64,000 nucleotides of DNA from Solirubrobacteraceae bacterium (GCA_036513795.1 DATBYJ010000121.1:1190-65189), one strand, 5' to 3'. Counted from the stretch's first letter, positions 28,906 to 39,567 are shown. The notes: generated by a model from the sequence alone, not told the origin. A program made the numbers and translations.

Positions 28906-30060
28906 ATGGTCGGGCATACCGTTACAAAGCCGCGAGCCGAAAGGTTGCGTCACTCAGATGCGTGCAGCGGGCATGACGTCGCACCGTTGACGCTGAGTCA
29001 GGTGCAAACGCTGGGTGGCGTTGTGGCGCGCGAGCTGCTTTGGGCCGAGCCGATAGTGCGGCACGAGATCCGGAGATGGCGCACCAGGGCGGCGGAGATC
29101 TCCGATGAGGCTCTACGCCGAGACGCCATCAGCGCGATCGACCGCAAGCGTCAGAACGTTCATGGTGCGGCGCTGTTCTGCACCTTGGCCAACAAACGCA
29201 GCAAGGTGTTGCTGCGCCTAATCGTCGCCTATCAGGTGATGTGGGATTTTCTGGACAGTGCAAACGAGAGCGCTGCCTCGCTCGGCGAGGCCAACGGACT
29301 GCAACTGCACACCTCAATGGTGGACGCGCTCGAACCCACGCGACCGATGCGCGACTATTACCTGTACGACGTACGGGAAGGAGATGTTGGCTATCTGCGC
29401 GCGCTTGTTGATGAATGTCGCCAGCAATGTCAGGGGTTGCGGTCATTTCCGCGGGTACAGCCCTTCCTAGTGGAGGAGGCGAGGCGGGCGAGCGTCCAAG
29501 CGCTGAATCATGATCCCTGCCCGGCATCGCGAGTGGCGAAGCTGCAGGGATGGGCGGAGCAAGAGTTTCCAGGCCAGCAGGAGGCCGAGTGGTTCGAGCT
29601 CTCGGGCGCGGCGGCGGCTTCCCTCGATATCTACGCGCTCCTGGCGCTGGCGAGCGATCTCGACCTCGATGACGATGAGATTGCCAGCGTTCACCGCATC
29701 TACTCGCCGTGGGTCAGCCTGGCCTCGACGATGCTCGATAGCTACGTCGACAACACGGATGACGTGGCCACCGGCCACCACAGCTACATCGCGTATTACC
29801 CCAATCGAGACGTCGCGACCACGCGCCTGACGGAAATCATGCGTCGCTGCCTCAGCGAAGCGTCGGCGCTACCACGCGGAGAGAAGCACGTCGTCGTGAT
29901 CGCGAGCATGATCGCGATGTATCTGTCAAAGGACAGCGCGCGTACCAACGAGAGTCGTCGGATGACTCGCGCGCTCCTCGCACGCAGCGGCTCACTACCG
30001 CAGGTGCTGTTGCCGGTGCTCCGGCTTTGGCTGATCTGCTACAGACAGCACGCGACATGA
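28906..30060 (+). CDS. DUF2600 / tetraprenyl-beta-curcumene synthase (YtpB)-family terpene synthase
   Basis: WRTRAAEISDEALRRDA...K...GA, IVAYQVMWDFLDS, WFELSGAAAASL, LDSYVD..DD, YIAYY, AMYLS parallel the YtpB conserved blocks. Confidence 0.82.
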   Translation: MVGHTVTKPRAERLRHSDACSGHDVAPLTLSQVQTLGGVVARELLWAEPIVRHEIRRWRTRAAEISDEALRRDAISAIDRKRQNVHGAALFCTLANKRSKVLLRLIVAYQVMWDFLDSANESAASLGEANGLQLHTSMVDALEPTRPMRDYYLYDVREGDVGYLRALVDECRQQCQGLRSFPRVQPFLVEEARRASVQALNHDPCPASRVAKLQGWAEQEFPGQQEAEWFELSGAAAASLDIYALLALASDLDLDDDEIASVHRIYSPWVSLASTMLDSYVDNTDDVATGHHSYIAYYPNRDVATTRLTEIMRRCLSEASALPRGEKHVVVIASMIAMYLSKDSARTNESRRMTRALLARSGSLPQVLLPVLRLWLICYRQHAT

Positions 30061-30096
30061 GAGCTGTGGACGCGCCCTCACCGACGCCGTAAGATC

Positions 30097-31527
30097 GTGA
30101 ACAGAGCACGCAATGCTTCCTGGCGTGTAGGCACGAGCGAGCTCCCGCCGGGTCCACGACTTCCGCATAGTGCACAGACCTACATGGTGTCCAGGGACAT
30201 CTTCACGCTGCTCGAGCGCTGTCGTGCACGCTATGGCGCTCCCTTCACACTCAACACGACTCCATATCCATCGCTCGTCGTTCTCTCCGATACCCAGGAC
30301 GTAAAGGCGATGTTCGCCGCCTCCCCCGATGTGCTCCATGCCGGCGAGGGCGCCCGCATGGTGGAGCCGGTCGTAGGCGAGCGCTCGTTCATGCTTCAGG
30401 ACGCCCGTGCGCACATTGAGGGACGCAGGGCGGTGTTGTATGAGTTCCGCAAAGCCGCCGTGTGTACACATGCCGAGACGGTCCGCGCGGTGGCTCGCCG
30501 TGTGATCGCGGACTGGCCTTTGGGCAGGGCCTTTTCGCTACACGCAAGCCTACGCTCACTAACCCTCGAGGTCATCCTGCGCAAGGCATTCGACCGACTG
30601 GACGACATCGGCCCGGAGGAGCCGTGGGACATGCGCGACGCTCTCCTCAAGATGATGGAAATCACAGGCTCGGTGTCCTATCCGGAGCCGACGCTACGCC
30701 GAACAGTAGGTCGCCTGCGCTGGCGACGATTCATACGAGAACGTGAACAACTCGACGAGCTACTACGTCCCACTCTCGATGAATGTCTGACGCGGACGGC
30801 TCATCCGAAAGGCTTGTTGGGAAGGTTCGCTCGGGATGCTGTGGGCTCGCCGGTGCCGGAGCGACTGCTGCGGGACAACTTGATGTCGGTGATATTGGCT
30901 GGCCATGAGACGACGGCCGCACAGCTGGCTTGGGGGTTTCAACTGCTTGCGCACGATCCACGAGCCCAAGCGCAACTGCACCGTGAGATCGACCGTGGTG
31001 AAAGCGATGCCTATTTGAGCGCGACGGTCCAAGAGATCATGCGCGATCGTCCAGTATTCCCGTTCACGATCCCACGAGTGGTGAATCAGCCGACGGAGCT
31101 CGCCGGCTGGAAGATCGCCCCGCCGGCGAAAGTCGTCGGCTGCATATATCTGCTGCATCATGACCCCGAGTACTTCCATGCACCCCACGCGTTCGAGCCT
31201 GAACGCTTCCTGAACAGTCCGCCGCCGCCGCACGCTTGGTTGCCTTGGGGCGGTGGTCACAAGCGCTGCCCAGGCTTGCATCTCGCCACCCTGGAGATGA
31301 AGATCGTGCTGCAAGAGGCGCTGGCGCACCTGACCGTGCACCCTGTAGCTAATCGCATCGAGCGGCCACGTTGGCGCAGCGTGATTGTGACACCACACGC
31401 GGGATCGCGGGTACGTCTCGACCCGCGAAAGCGTGCCCAGATCACCATAGGCCAGGCACGCAAACGCTCATCCTCGTCTGATCGCGTGTCGCGCAGGGTC
31501 GAGCTCGCACCATCTGATCGCGGCTAA
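30097..31527 (+). CDS. Cytochrome P450 (#2)
   Basis: AGHETT, EIMR, PERF, PWGGGHKRCPG. Confidence 0.93.
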   Translation: MNRARNASWRVGTSELPPGPRLPHSAQTYMVSRDIFTLLERCRARYGAPFTLNTTPYPSLVVLSDTQDVKAMFAASPDVLHAGEGARMVEPVVGERSFMLQDARAHIEGRRAVLYEFRKAAVCTHAETVRAVARRVIADWPLGRAFSLHASLRSLTLEVILRKAFDRLDDIGPEEPWDMRDALLKMMEITGSVSYPEPTLRRTVGRLRWRRFIREREQLDELLRPTLDECLTRTAHPKGLLGRFARDAVGSPVPERLLRDNLMSVILAGHETTAAQLAWGFQLLAHDPRAQAQLHREIDRGESDAYLSATVQEIMRDRPVFPFTIPRVVNQPTELAGWKIAPPAKVVGCIYLLHHDPEYFHAPHAFEPERFLNSPPPPHAWLPWGGGHKRCPGLHLATLEMKIVLQEALAHLTVHPVANRIERPRWRSVIVTPHAGSRVRLDPRKRAQITIGQARKRSSSSDRVSRRVELAPSDRG

Positions 31528-31535
31528 GGGACGGC

Positions 31536-32903
31536 GTGTCGCGACCGCAAACGCACTGTGCCGAGTCCAAGCTGCTGCGACGCGCTCGTCGTGACCTGCC
31601 ACCCGGCGGCCTGCACCCAAGCTCGTTGCAGACTCTCGCCGCCCGCTTCGCTCCCTATGCCTACTTCGAGCAGTGTCACAGGCGCCTGGGTGATCGGTTT
31701 ACCTTATATCCGATAGATCACCCACCACTCGTGATGCTCGCGAATCCCGACGACATCGCGGCCGTGACCGCAAGCGATCCGTGCGAACTGCATCCGGGCG
31801 AGGGCGCGAAGATGATCGGGCCGATCGTCGGCAGTTCGTCTTTCATGTTGCTCGAGGAGGCCGAGCACATGAGAGCGCGCAGATCGATCACACCCGCGTT
31901 CCATCGACGAGTGATCACCGAACAGGGAGCGCTACTCCACGAGACCGTCGAACACGAGGTTGCAACCTTGCCGGAGAACGTCGCGGTGGCGCTGGACCCA
32001 TGGACTCGCGCTCTCACGGCTAAGGTGATTCTGAGGACCATCTTCGGAGAGGAAGACGATCTGGTGCGATCGCTGCACGGGAGTGTCCTCAGCATGCTTA
32101 CGATCACCGCGACCGCGGCGCTGCAGGCGCCCAAACTCCGGCTGCTGCCTGGATGGCGCCACAGCTGGAGCGTGTTTCTCGCGCGCAGAGCGGAGGTCGA
32201 GGCAGTGATCGATCTGCTGATCGCCAGGCGTCGCAAGCAAGAGCCCCTACATGGGCGGGATCTACTCGACCTGCTCGTAGAGCGCGAAGCAGACGGGGAC
32301 GCGGGCGGCTCTGACGGGAAGCTGCGCGACGACCTGATCTCGATGATCACCGCCGGTCACGAGACCACGACCGGCCAGCTTGGTTGGGCACTACAGCTAC
32401 TCGCACACAATCCACACGCGCAGGATCGTCTAATTGATGAGATCGACACCGGCGCCGAGGACAATTACCTGACCGCGGTCATCCATGAGACACTGCGTGT
32501 TCGACCGGTGTTCCTGTTCGCGATTCCGCGCGCCGTCGTCTCACCGGTCGAGATCGGCGGTTATCTCTACCGACCGCCGGCTCACCTCGCGGCGTGTACG
32601 TACCTGATGCACCGCAATCCCGATCTGTACCGCGACCCTGACAGATTTCTACCTGAGCGCTTTCTGGGAGGAGCGCCATACCCGCCAACATGGCTGCCAT
32701 GGGGTGGTGGGCGCAAGCACTGCCTAGGGCGTCACTTCGCCATGCTCGAGCTCAGGACCCTGTTGCGGGAGATACTCGCGAGAAACCGAGTGCTGCCCGT
32801 CGCCCGCACAATCGAGGCACCGCGCTGGCGCAGCGCAATCGTCGTGCCGCGAGATGGGTGTCGCATCCGGCTGTGCCCTCGTCACGATGGCCGCCGCGCC
32901 TAG
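31536..32903 (+). CDS. Cytochrome P450 (#3)
   Basis: AGHETT, ETLR, PERF, PWGGGRKHCLG. Confidence 0.93.
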   Translation: MSRPQTHCAESKLLRRARRDLPPGGLHPSSLQTLAARFAPYAYFEQCHRRLGDRFTLYPIDHPPLVMLANPDDIAAVTASDPCELHPGEGAKMIGPIVGSSSFMLLEEAEHMRARRSITPAFHRRVITEQGALLHETVEHEVATLPENVAVALDPWTRALTAKVILRTIFGEEDDLVRSLHGSVLSMLTITATAALQAPKLRLLPGWRHSWSVFLARRAEVEAVIDLLIARRRKQEPLHGRDLLDLLVEREADGDAGGSDGKLRDDLISMITAGHETTTGQLGWALQLLAHNPHAQDRLIDEIDTGAEDNYLTAVIHETLRVRPVFLFAIPRAVVSPVEIGGYLYRPPAHLAACTYLMHRNPDLYRDPDRFLPERFLGGAPYPPTWLPWGGGRKHCLGRHFAMLELRTLLREILARNRVLPVARTIEAPRWRSAIVVPRDGCRIRLCPRHDGRRA

Positions 32904-32992
32904 CAGGAACCACTCCCGAGCGCAGATGCATGCTCGCTGACTCTGGGGGAAATAGCGATCGCACCTATGTCCCACCAGCAAGGCGACGTATG

Positions 32993-35887
32993 CTACTTGG
33001 ACACTACAGGCCGCTTGAGCGATCGTCGCCCTCGATGGCGTACAACCTGGTGGGCACTAATCATATGTCGCGGGCAGCCCCTCACTGCAACATGCACCAT
33101 GCCTGTCTTCGTAGCACCGATCTGGTCGGCAAAACCGTAGGCAAGCCGCAGCCGCTTGCCGCACAGATTCGCTATGGCGCCGAGCATAGAGTGCGGCCCG
33201 CGCGGCAACGTAAGCGCCAAGGATGAAATAGGGACATCGGGTAGAGTGGTGAACGTGGCTGTGATCACATCCTTGGAGGAGATGCTGAGCTTACCTTCGA
33301 GATCCACTTCGAGCCCGCTGCCTTGTAGATGGATTACTAGTGATGGAAACGCCTTGCCACCGCGCGCGACAAGATAGATCGGGCCAGATAGTGGCGAGCC
33401 GGTCACTGGAGTGCTCACGGTGGCCTCGCCCACGATTGCTTGCGGTGGACAGCTCGCGATTGATAGTGCCTGCGTTTGCACTGAGCAGGCGTGCTGGATC
33501 GTAGTCAGGCGTGGTCGCAGCAGCGTTGGCATCTGCACGAATACCGAATGGACCGTGGCTCCCCCACTCACCGCGTTGGTGATATCGACATCGAGACTCG
33601 CGCCGCTACCTGCCTGACTGGCCGTCGCACTGGTCGACGCACTCACATGCGGCGCAAACGGCAAATCAGCACAGCCGACGACCTGGAACGGCGCCGATAC
33701 TTCGGTGCTGGCGCCCTGACTCGAGCCAATCGTCGCAGCGATCGCTCGTTGTATGCAGTTCGTCGGGTTGATTAGAAAGCCTGCGCGACTCAGGTCCACA
33801 TTGAGACTGCGCAGCCGTAGTGGCACTCCACCCAATATCTGTGGGAATGAGTTCGATGCAATCGTTACCGCAAGGCTTGCGGGATCCAGGAGGAGACGGG
33901 ATCTGACGAGCGCAGTGCCGAGGTCGAATGGCCCCGCGCTCGCTTTGATTAGGATGTCAAGACCAAACGGCGCTCCGTCGTAGGGCCCGGTCAGGTAGAC
34001 CGGCCCCGAGACAACCAGCGGCAGCGGCCCGGCACCAGCCGTGATTGTCGTAGTGCCAACTTCAGATGCCTGGGGACATGTACCTTCGCCGGCTACCGGT
34101 TCACGGCACAACGGAACGCTGCTCACGAGGCCGACCAGCCCGGGTGGTAGATGGGCGGTGAAGCTCAACAAGTTTTGCTGCCCGTCGGTGCGTGAGACAG
34201 CCAACGTGAAAGAGCTCGTGTGTCCAGCCAAGGGGTCGGTTGTGCCAGCTGTGAAGCTCGGCGTGAAAGGCAGCCGAGATTGGCAGGCGCCCCCTTCGGC
34301 GGCTTCGTTGATTTCAAACGTCGAGGATAGGCTGGCGCTCTGACCCGCATACGAGAAGGTGCTGGCGCCACTGGCCGCCGGACCACACTGCTGAGGGTTT
34401 GCGAGCACCGCCGTCGCGCCACCGAAGAAGTTCAGTCTAAGTGTGGCAAACGGCAGCTCCGGTAGGTCTTGGAAAACGGTGCTTACTTGACCTGTTTCTT
34501 CATTTGCCTCGACATCGCCTTGGAGGGCAATGACGGTGCTACCGGCGTTGACCCTCAGGAAGACTCTGTATCGTTCTGTCGGCGTCGGCGTGCCAATGTA
34601 GAGCCCGCCTGTGAGGGGTTCGGGTAGCAGTGGTGTGATTACTTCCGCTGTGCCGATCCGTGACGCTTCCGGACATCGATTTTCGCCGAGTCGTGCCGGT
34701 TCGCATGCCTGGAGCCCATTCGCAAGCCCTGGATTGAGGGACGTGCCTTGCGGGAGCGTGATCGAGACGCGTTCCAGTGCCGGCGTAGCCAATTCGTAAG
34801 GGCGTTCGTTCTGTGGCACGTGCAGCAACACTTCGTAGCCGGCCGGTGAATCCTGCCGCGTTGTGGTCGCTGCTACCGCCAAGCTTGACGACATGCTGAG
34901 TTGTTCGCACCCGGTCAGCGACGGTAGCTCGGCAACGCTCGTAGCGGATTCACCTTGCCATGAAGTAGCGACCACTGCCTCTTCTGGAGACTCACTGCAG
35001 GATGTCGGGTTCGTCATGAATGCGGCCGCTTCAGCATCCGAGGGCCCGCATTCAGACAGCTCGTTGCAGCGCTGCGCATCGTGGCTGGCGGCGGCTGGTA
35101 CTCCCCACAGCGTCACAGTGGCGGACACGATCTCCGACAAAGTGGAGGCTTCCGTGATGGTCGCCGTTAGTCTCCCGTCTCCGCCCACGCTGGCCTCGAT
35201 GAAGACCTCGGCGAAGGGTCCGGCGAGTGCTCCAGCGAAGGTGGCGACCTGGCCTGGACCCGGCTGGATGTTGTAGAGCGGGAAGGTCTCCGAGTCGAGG
35301 GTGGCGATATGCGTGACGTCTTCACCGGCTTGATGAGCATCTTCCATCGGTGCTGCTAGTTCGAGCGTCGTTCCGTTCACGATGGACGCGACCGTGACTG
35401 TTTCAGCGGCGCTTCCGGTTCCGATCGTGACGCGATCACTCCCTTCTCCCGTGCAGAAAGCCTGCGTGCTGGCGACCTCGACCTGTCGTGCGCCTACTTC
35501 CGTGGGAGCCTGCAGTTGAGAGATGGCGCCTGGACACCCGACTACGGTGAGGCTGAGCTCACCGACCTGCGACGTGCGGGCGCAGCCAGACTGCTGGAGC
35601 ATCTCGACGGTGCACTGTTCGATCGCCTGCGCGTTGCCTGCGGTGCCCACGGGAAGCGCGAACGCCGCTGTCTTGAGCTGGCCTTCGGGGTTACCAAGCG
35701 CATCTGTTGCCAGCGTGAACGAGGTCGAGAAGTCAGAGTGAGCGCCGGCTTGCGTGCTAGCAAATCCGCCCGTGAGCGATGCGATGCCGAACTGAGCCTC
35801 GGCGTCTGGGCAAGCGCCCGCAAGCACCCCGGCGGTGACAAGCCCAAGCACGGCCAGCGAGCGCATTCCGAGAAGCGGTCTACTCAC
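32993..35887 (-). CDS. Large secreted Cys-rich repeat protein (964 aa)
   Basis: Signal peptide; repeated CPxAS.[IV]G...GPxYL modules and NPTxC motifs; basic C-terminal tail. Confidence 0.8.
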   Translation of the reverse strand: MSRPLLGMRSLAVLGLVTAGVLAGACPDAEAQFGIASLTGGFASTQAGAHSDFSTSFTLATDALGNPEGQLKTAAFALPVGTAGNAQAIEQCTVEMLQQSGCARTSQVGELSLTVVGCPGAISQLQAPTEVGARQVEVASTQAFCTGEGSDRVTIGTGSAAETVTVASIVNGTTLELAAPMEDAHQAGEDVTHIATLDSETFPLYNIQPGPGQVATFAGALAGPFAEVFIEASVGGDGRLTATITEASTLSEIVSATVTLWGVPAAASHDAQRCNELSECGPSDAEAAAFMTNPTSCSESPEEAVVATSWQGESATSVAELPSLTGCEQLSMSSSLAVAATTTRQDSPAGYEVLLHVPQNERPYELATPALERVSITLPQGTSLNPGLANGLQACEPARLGENRCPEASRIGTAEVITPLLPEPLTGGLYIGTPTPTERYRVFLRVNAGSTVIALQGDVEANEETGQVSTVFQDLPELPFATLRLNFFGGATAVLANPQQCGPAASGASTFSYAGQSASLSSTFEINEAAEGGACQSRLPFTPSFTAGTTDPLAGHTSSFTLAVSRTDGQQNLLSFTAHLPPGLVGLVSSVPLCREPVAGEGTCPQASEVGTTTITAGAGPLPLVVSGPVYLTGPYDGAPFGLDILIKASAGPFDLGTALVRSRLLLDPASLAVTIASNSFPQILGGVPLRLRSLNVDLSRAGFLINPTNCIQRAIAATIGSSQGASTEVSAPFQVVGCADLPFAPHVSASTSATASQAGSGASLDVDITNAVSGGATVHSVFVQMPTLLRPRLTTIQHACSVQTQALSIASCPPQAIVGEATVSTPVTGSPLSGPIYLVARGGKAFPSLVIHLQGSGLEVDLEGKLSISSKDVITATFTTLPDVPISSLALTLPRGPHSMLGAIANLCGKRLRLAYGFADQIGATKTGMVHVAVRGCPRHMISAHQVVRHRGRRSLKRPVVSK

Positions 35888-35897
35888 GGCGGCGCCG

Positions 35898-38450
35898 TCA
35901 TTCGCGGCTCTTCTTGTGTCGAGAGCCGCTCACGGCCAGTTGTAGGACGTCGATGGCTCCCGTCGTGCTGTAGTCGACGTGGATCTGCAGCACGCGTATT
36001 CGCCCTGTGGCAATCTGCATGCGAGCCGACCGGCTCAGATCGAGCGTCAGTGTCATCGCGCCTGCTTGGTGCAGCGTTCCGCGGGCGTGTGCGACGTTCG
36101 CAGCCTTGCCTCTGATGCGCGCATAGGTGCTGACGATGAATTCTCCGGGAGCGGTGGCGCTTATCGTGAGAACGAGTCGCCCGCTGTGTGCGAGCCGCGA
36201 GCGTTGCAGGGCGGTGATTCTTGCAACGCTGAAGGTTGGGGCGGGTGTGAGGACTTCGCCTAGTTCCCCGAGCAGTGCGCTCGCGGGCGGCAAGACGTTT
36301 GGGGTTGGGCCGGGTAGAGAGCGACACGGTTGCTCGCCGCACGGTTGGGTAAGTGGCGGCGGTTCCAGGAAGCCACCGTTGACTCTTGCGTCGTAGATGT
36401 GCTCGTAGCCTGCATTTGCGGTTGCCGTGAGCGCGCTCCGCGTAGAGAAGAACGCGTCATCGGCGCTCGGTGTGGTTCCGTCGAAGACTGCCCCTTTGTC
36501 AGACGCGTAGGCGATGACAGAGAGATTGCCGTTCTCCCACTCGTAGAGATTGTTTGGCTCGAAGATCTTGTTGGTTTCGGCTTCCGGCATACCCGAGAGC
36601 AGTGGGTCCGGTGAGTCGAAGAAGATCGTGGACCCGTTTTCGCTCATCTGCGCGATATGACCGATCCCTGATGCGTAGCTTCCGCCGGAGACTTCTCCCA
36701 ACGAGGCGCTTGCGGTCTCAACGACCCCGGCCGGCGTGCACGATAGACACACAAGTGAGCCGTCTGAGAGGGAGAAGCGATAGACCTCGGAGTTCAACCC
36801 GGTCACGGGGGTGCCGACCGCGCGAGAGCTGACGATCCCCGGTTCGAATTCACGCAGCGTCAGCTGCGCTGGTCCATCGACCTTTTCGATCGTCGCGAGC
36901 TGCTCCTCTTCGCCGACACCGATGGCGATGGTGTGGTTCTGTAGGAAGCCAGCGGTGCTGGTCACGGCAATGGTGTGTGTGCCGTCGATCGCTTCAGAGC
37001 TGAGTGCAGTAGACGGCGTGTGATCCTGTCCAGTTAGATCGTTGCTTGAGGCGAAAACGAGGACGGAGCCGCCCGGTGTCGTGTAGGCAGGACGAAAGAC
37101 GTCGGCAGATGCCACCAGTTCGTTTGGCTCGGTGCTGGCGCATGTGGGCTTGCAGTTGCTGACATCGGGAAGGGAAAGCGTCGTCACAAACTGGGTCTGG
37201 CCGGTGTCGGTGTCATATACGTAGAGGTTGGGCTGGCCGGCGGTCGCAGCCTGACCAGCCGAGTTCGCGTTCGTAGCCAAGATCGGGCTAGCCACGAAGA
37301 ACACGTGCGAGCCATCGTCTGATATCGCTGTCACACCAATGACCCCGGCGCCCGACGCGACAGGAACCGCGGTCATCGGAGGGGCCAGTCCGATCGGCGC
37401 AGCGGTGGTGTCGTACTCGTACAGTTCGTTGACCCTGGGCGTTCCCGCAAGCCCCTCGTCGCTGGTGAAGAAGACGAGCGAGCCGTCGGCAGATGCTCCT
37501 TGGTAGTGCGCCGAGCCGGTGGCTTCTGGATTGTCCAAAGGCGTGGTCGCATCGTTGGCGAGGTCTCGCATGAAGAGATGGGGTGAAAGGTTCTCCGGGG
37601 CGGCTTCCAGACCAGATGGAGGGGCCTCGAAGAAGATCTTCGATCCGTTTTCGGAGATCGCGTGCGTAGTACTTCCGCGGTATTGGCCGGGCATGTAGAA
37701 GGCGAACGGACGTTCCACAGGCGGGCCGGCGTCGCCAATCGACGCCCCATCTGTACCTATCACTTCGTTGTCGTTGTTGACGTCGATGAGGCTGGTGGTT
37801 TCGTCTTCGCTATTGCGTACATAGAGGTACTGTGCCCCCTTGCGCGAAGACAGGCCGGTCGCGTTTGCTGTCAGTTGTTCGGCGCTGCCGAAGACGACGT
37901 CGTGCGCATCGGGGGTGGCGCCCTCGAAGTTCGACGGGTAGGCACCACGTCCGTTGCCGACTGGTCCTTGTGTGAGCCAGTCCAGGGCCCCGGCTGGGCC
38001 CTGGAGGTAGAGATCGTCGCCGTCTGACCCCTTGGGTCGCTGATCGCCGGAGGCAAGCGATGCGGACGTCATGAAGATGGTCTGCCTGAGATCGGTGCTC
38101 CACAGCAGCGCCTCCTGCAGGGCTTCAAGGCCCGTCAGCGCTTCGCTGGCCACCGGGGTGAAGGCTCGAGTTTGCCACCCGCCCGGTGTCCGCTGAGACT
38201 GAAACGAGTTGAGCCCCCCGGAAGATGCCCCGCAGCACGCTCCGAGGGCCTGCCAGTCGACTGTTTCGCCGCTGTCTGTGGCCGCGCCAAACCAGGGGGT
38301 CGCGCCGTTCAAGACGCTTTCGTCTTCTCCCAGGTTCGAGACCAACTCGTAGGCGCGATCATCAGGGAGCGCTGCGGCGACAGCGACCGTGGGGGCCATC
38401 GTAAGCGTCAAGCTGATCGCCAGCAATGCCACGATTGTCCTCGGGATCAC
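35898..38450 (-). CDS. Large secreted TolB-like beta-propeller protein
   Basis: Signal peptide; LPDDRAYELVS; repeated SxDGSxVFF / NLYxW blades; GTGA coupling to lmbU. Confidence 0.8.
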   Translation of the reverse strand: MIPRTIVALLAISLTLTMAPTVAVAAALPDDRAYELVSNLGEDESVLNGATPWFGAATDSGETVDWQALGACCGASSGGLNSFQSQRTPGGWQTRAFTPVASEALTGLEALQEALLWSTDLRQTIFMTSASLASGDQRPKGSDGDDLYLQGPAGALDWLTQGPVGNGRGAYPSNFEGATPDAHDVVFGSAEQLTANATGLSSRKGAQYLYVRNSEDETTSLIDVNNDNEVIGTDGASIGDAGPPVERPFAFYMPGQYRGSTTHAISENGSKIFFEAPPSGLEAAPENLSPHLFMRDLANDATTPLDNPEATGSAHYQGASADGSLVFFTSDEGLAGTPRVNELYEYDTTAAPIGLAPPMTAVPVASGAGVIGVTAISDDGSHVFFVASPILATNANSAGQAATAGQPNLYVYDTDTGQTQFVTTLSLPDVSNCKPTCASTEPNELVASADVFRPAYTTPGGSVLVFASSNDLTGQDHTPSTALSSEAIDGTHTIAVTSTAGFLQNHTIAIGVGEEEQLATIEKVDGPAQLTLREFEPGIVSSRAVGTPVTGLNSEVYRFSLSDGSLVCLSCTPAGVVETASASLGEVSGGSYASGIGHIAQMSENGSTIFFDSPDPLLSGMPEAETNKIFEPNNLYEWENGNLSVIAYASDKGAVFDGTTPSADDAFFSTRSALTATANAGYEHIYDARVNGGFLEPPPLTQPCGEQPCRSLPGPTPNVLPPASALLGELGEVLTPAPTFSVARITALQRSRLAHSGRLVLTISATAPGEFIVSTYARIRGKAANVAHARGTLHQAGAMTLTLDLSRSARMQIATGRIRVLQIHVDYSTTGAIDVLQLAVSGSRHKKSRE

Positions 38451-39052
38451 GCCGCCCACGCCCCACGACCGACATCTGCGAGCGATATGACACCTTCACA
38501 ATGCGGACAGACGAACGTCTCGTCTACGGCGGCCTCGCGGGTGGCGACACCGAGTGAGAACGTCTCGTTTTCATCGGTGGCCTGCAGGGCACGCTGTGCG
38601 GCCCGCACCTCGATACGGAGGTCGCCCGGGGACAGTCGCAGAGACACCGCACGGTCGAGCCACTGATCCTGCTGATCTGGCGGCAGGGCGGCCAGCTCTG
38701 CATGGTGCGTCCAGCTTAGATTGTCCCGGCGACGGGACAATTGGAAACGGGAGGCCACGTAGCAGATGTTCCTTAGTGTCTTGGCGTCCAGTCCCGTGAC
38801 TCTGGCTGCCTCGGTGTACTTCTCGCCCCAGCGCGCACTGCCATAGCGAATCCAGTCCCCCACCCACCAGTTGTTCACGCGCCCGAATTCAGCAAGGCTG
38901 ACGCCGGCTGCCAGCCATCCCGCGCGATCGAGTATCTGCGGAGGCTGCCATCCCAGCGTCAGCCTGCGACGTGCATCCCTCTTCACAACGGCTCCACCGG
39001 CGCCGGGGGGCATGCTGGCGTCTGGCGAGGACGACCACCCGGCAGGCTTCAT
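38447..39052 (-). CDS. LmbU family transcriptional regulator
   Basis: WWVGDWIRYG...KYTEAARVTGL...TLRNICYVASRF..SRRRDNLSWTHHAELAAL...WL; C-terminal CPHC; start uncertain. Confidence 0.85.
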   Translation of the reverse strand: MKPAGWSSSPDASMPPGAGGAVVKRDARRRLTLGWQPPQILDRAGWLAAGVSLAEFGRVNNWWVGDWIRYGSARWGEKYTEAARVTGLDAKTLRNICYVASRFQLSRRRDNLSWTHHAELAALPPDQQDQWLDRAVSLRLSPGDLRIEVRAAQRALQATDENETFSLGVATREAAVDETFVCPHCEGVISLADVGRGAWAA

Positions 39053-39567
39053 GCGCTGCCCGCCCGGCGAATCTCACCGCGGAGGCCCGGCGCTGAGCTG
39101 AGTCCCGCGGTCACAAACGCCTTAACCGTGAGCGGCGCAGTCGACGAGCGCCTCTCAACGCAAACGCCGCACGCGGAAGCCTGATCTCGCACACGCATGA
39201 TGCTAGCCTGCGCGACCCGCATCGTTCTCCCCTCCTGGACGACAGCACCGACCTGTCACACCGGCGGAGAAAATCTGGCTGGTGGACGCCCCTTTGTCTC
39301 ATTTGCCCGCCTCCCATCGATTAGGAGCCTACGTCAGCACACGCGCTCGACGCGGTCCGAGCGCCGGGGACACCACCGGCGCTCGGACCTGTCAACCACC
39401 ACACGACGAGACCACGCGATGCGAGCGAGACGTACACCGACCTCTCCGGACTGCGAGCAGCCCCTGGGAGGAGGAGCCATCCCCTCCCAGTCTGGCCTTC
39501 CGCGGCCCTCGGTGTTCACATCGGCAATCACGTCGTGCCAAGCATGGAGACGACGGCAGAGCAGGTC

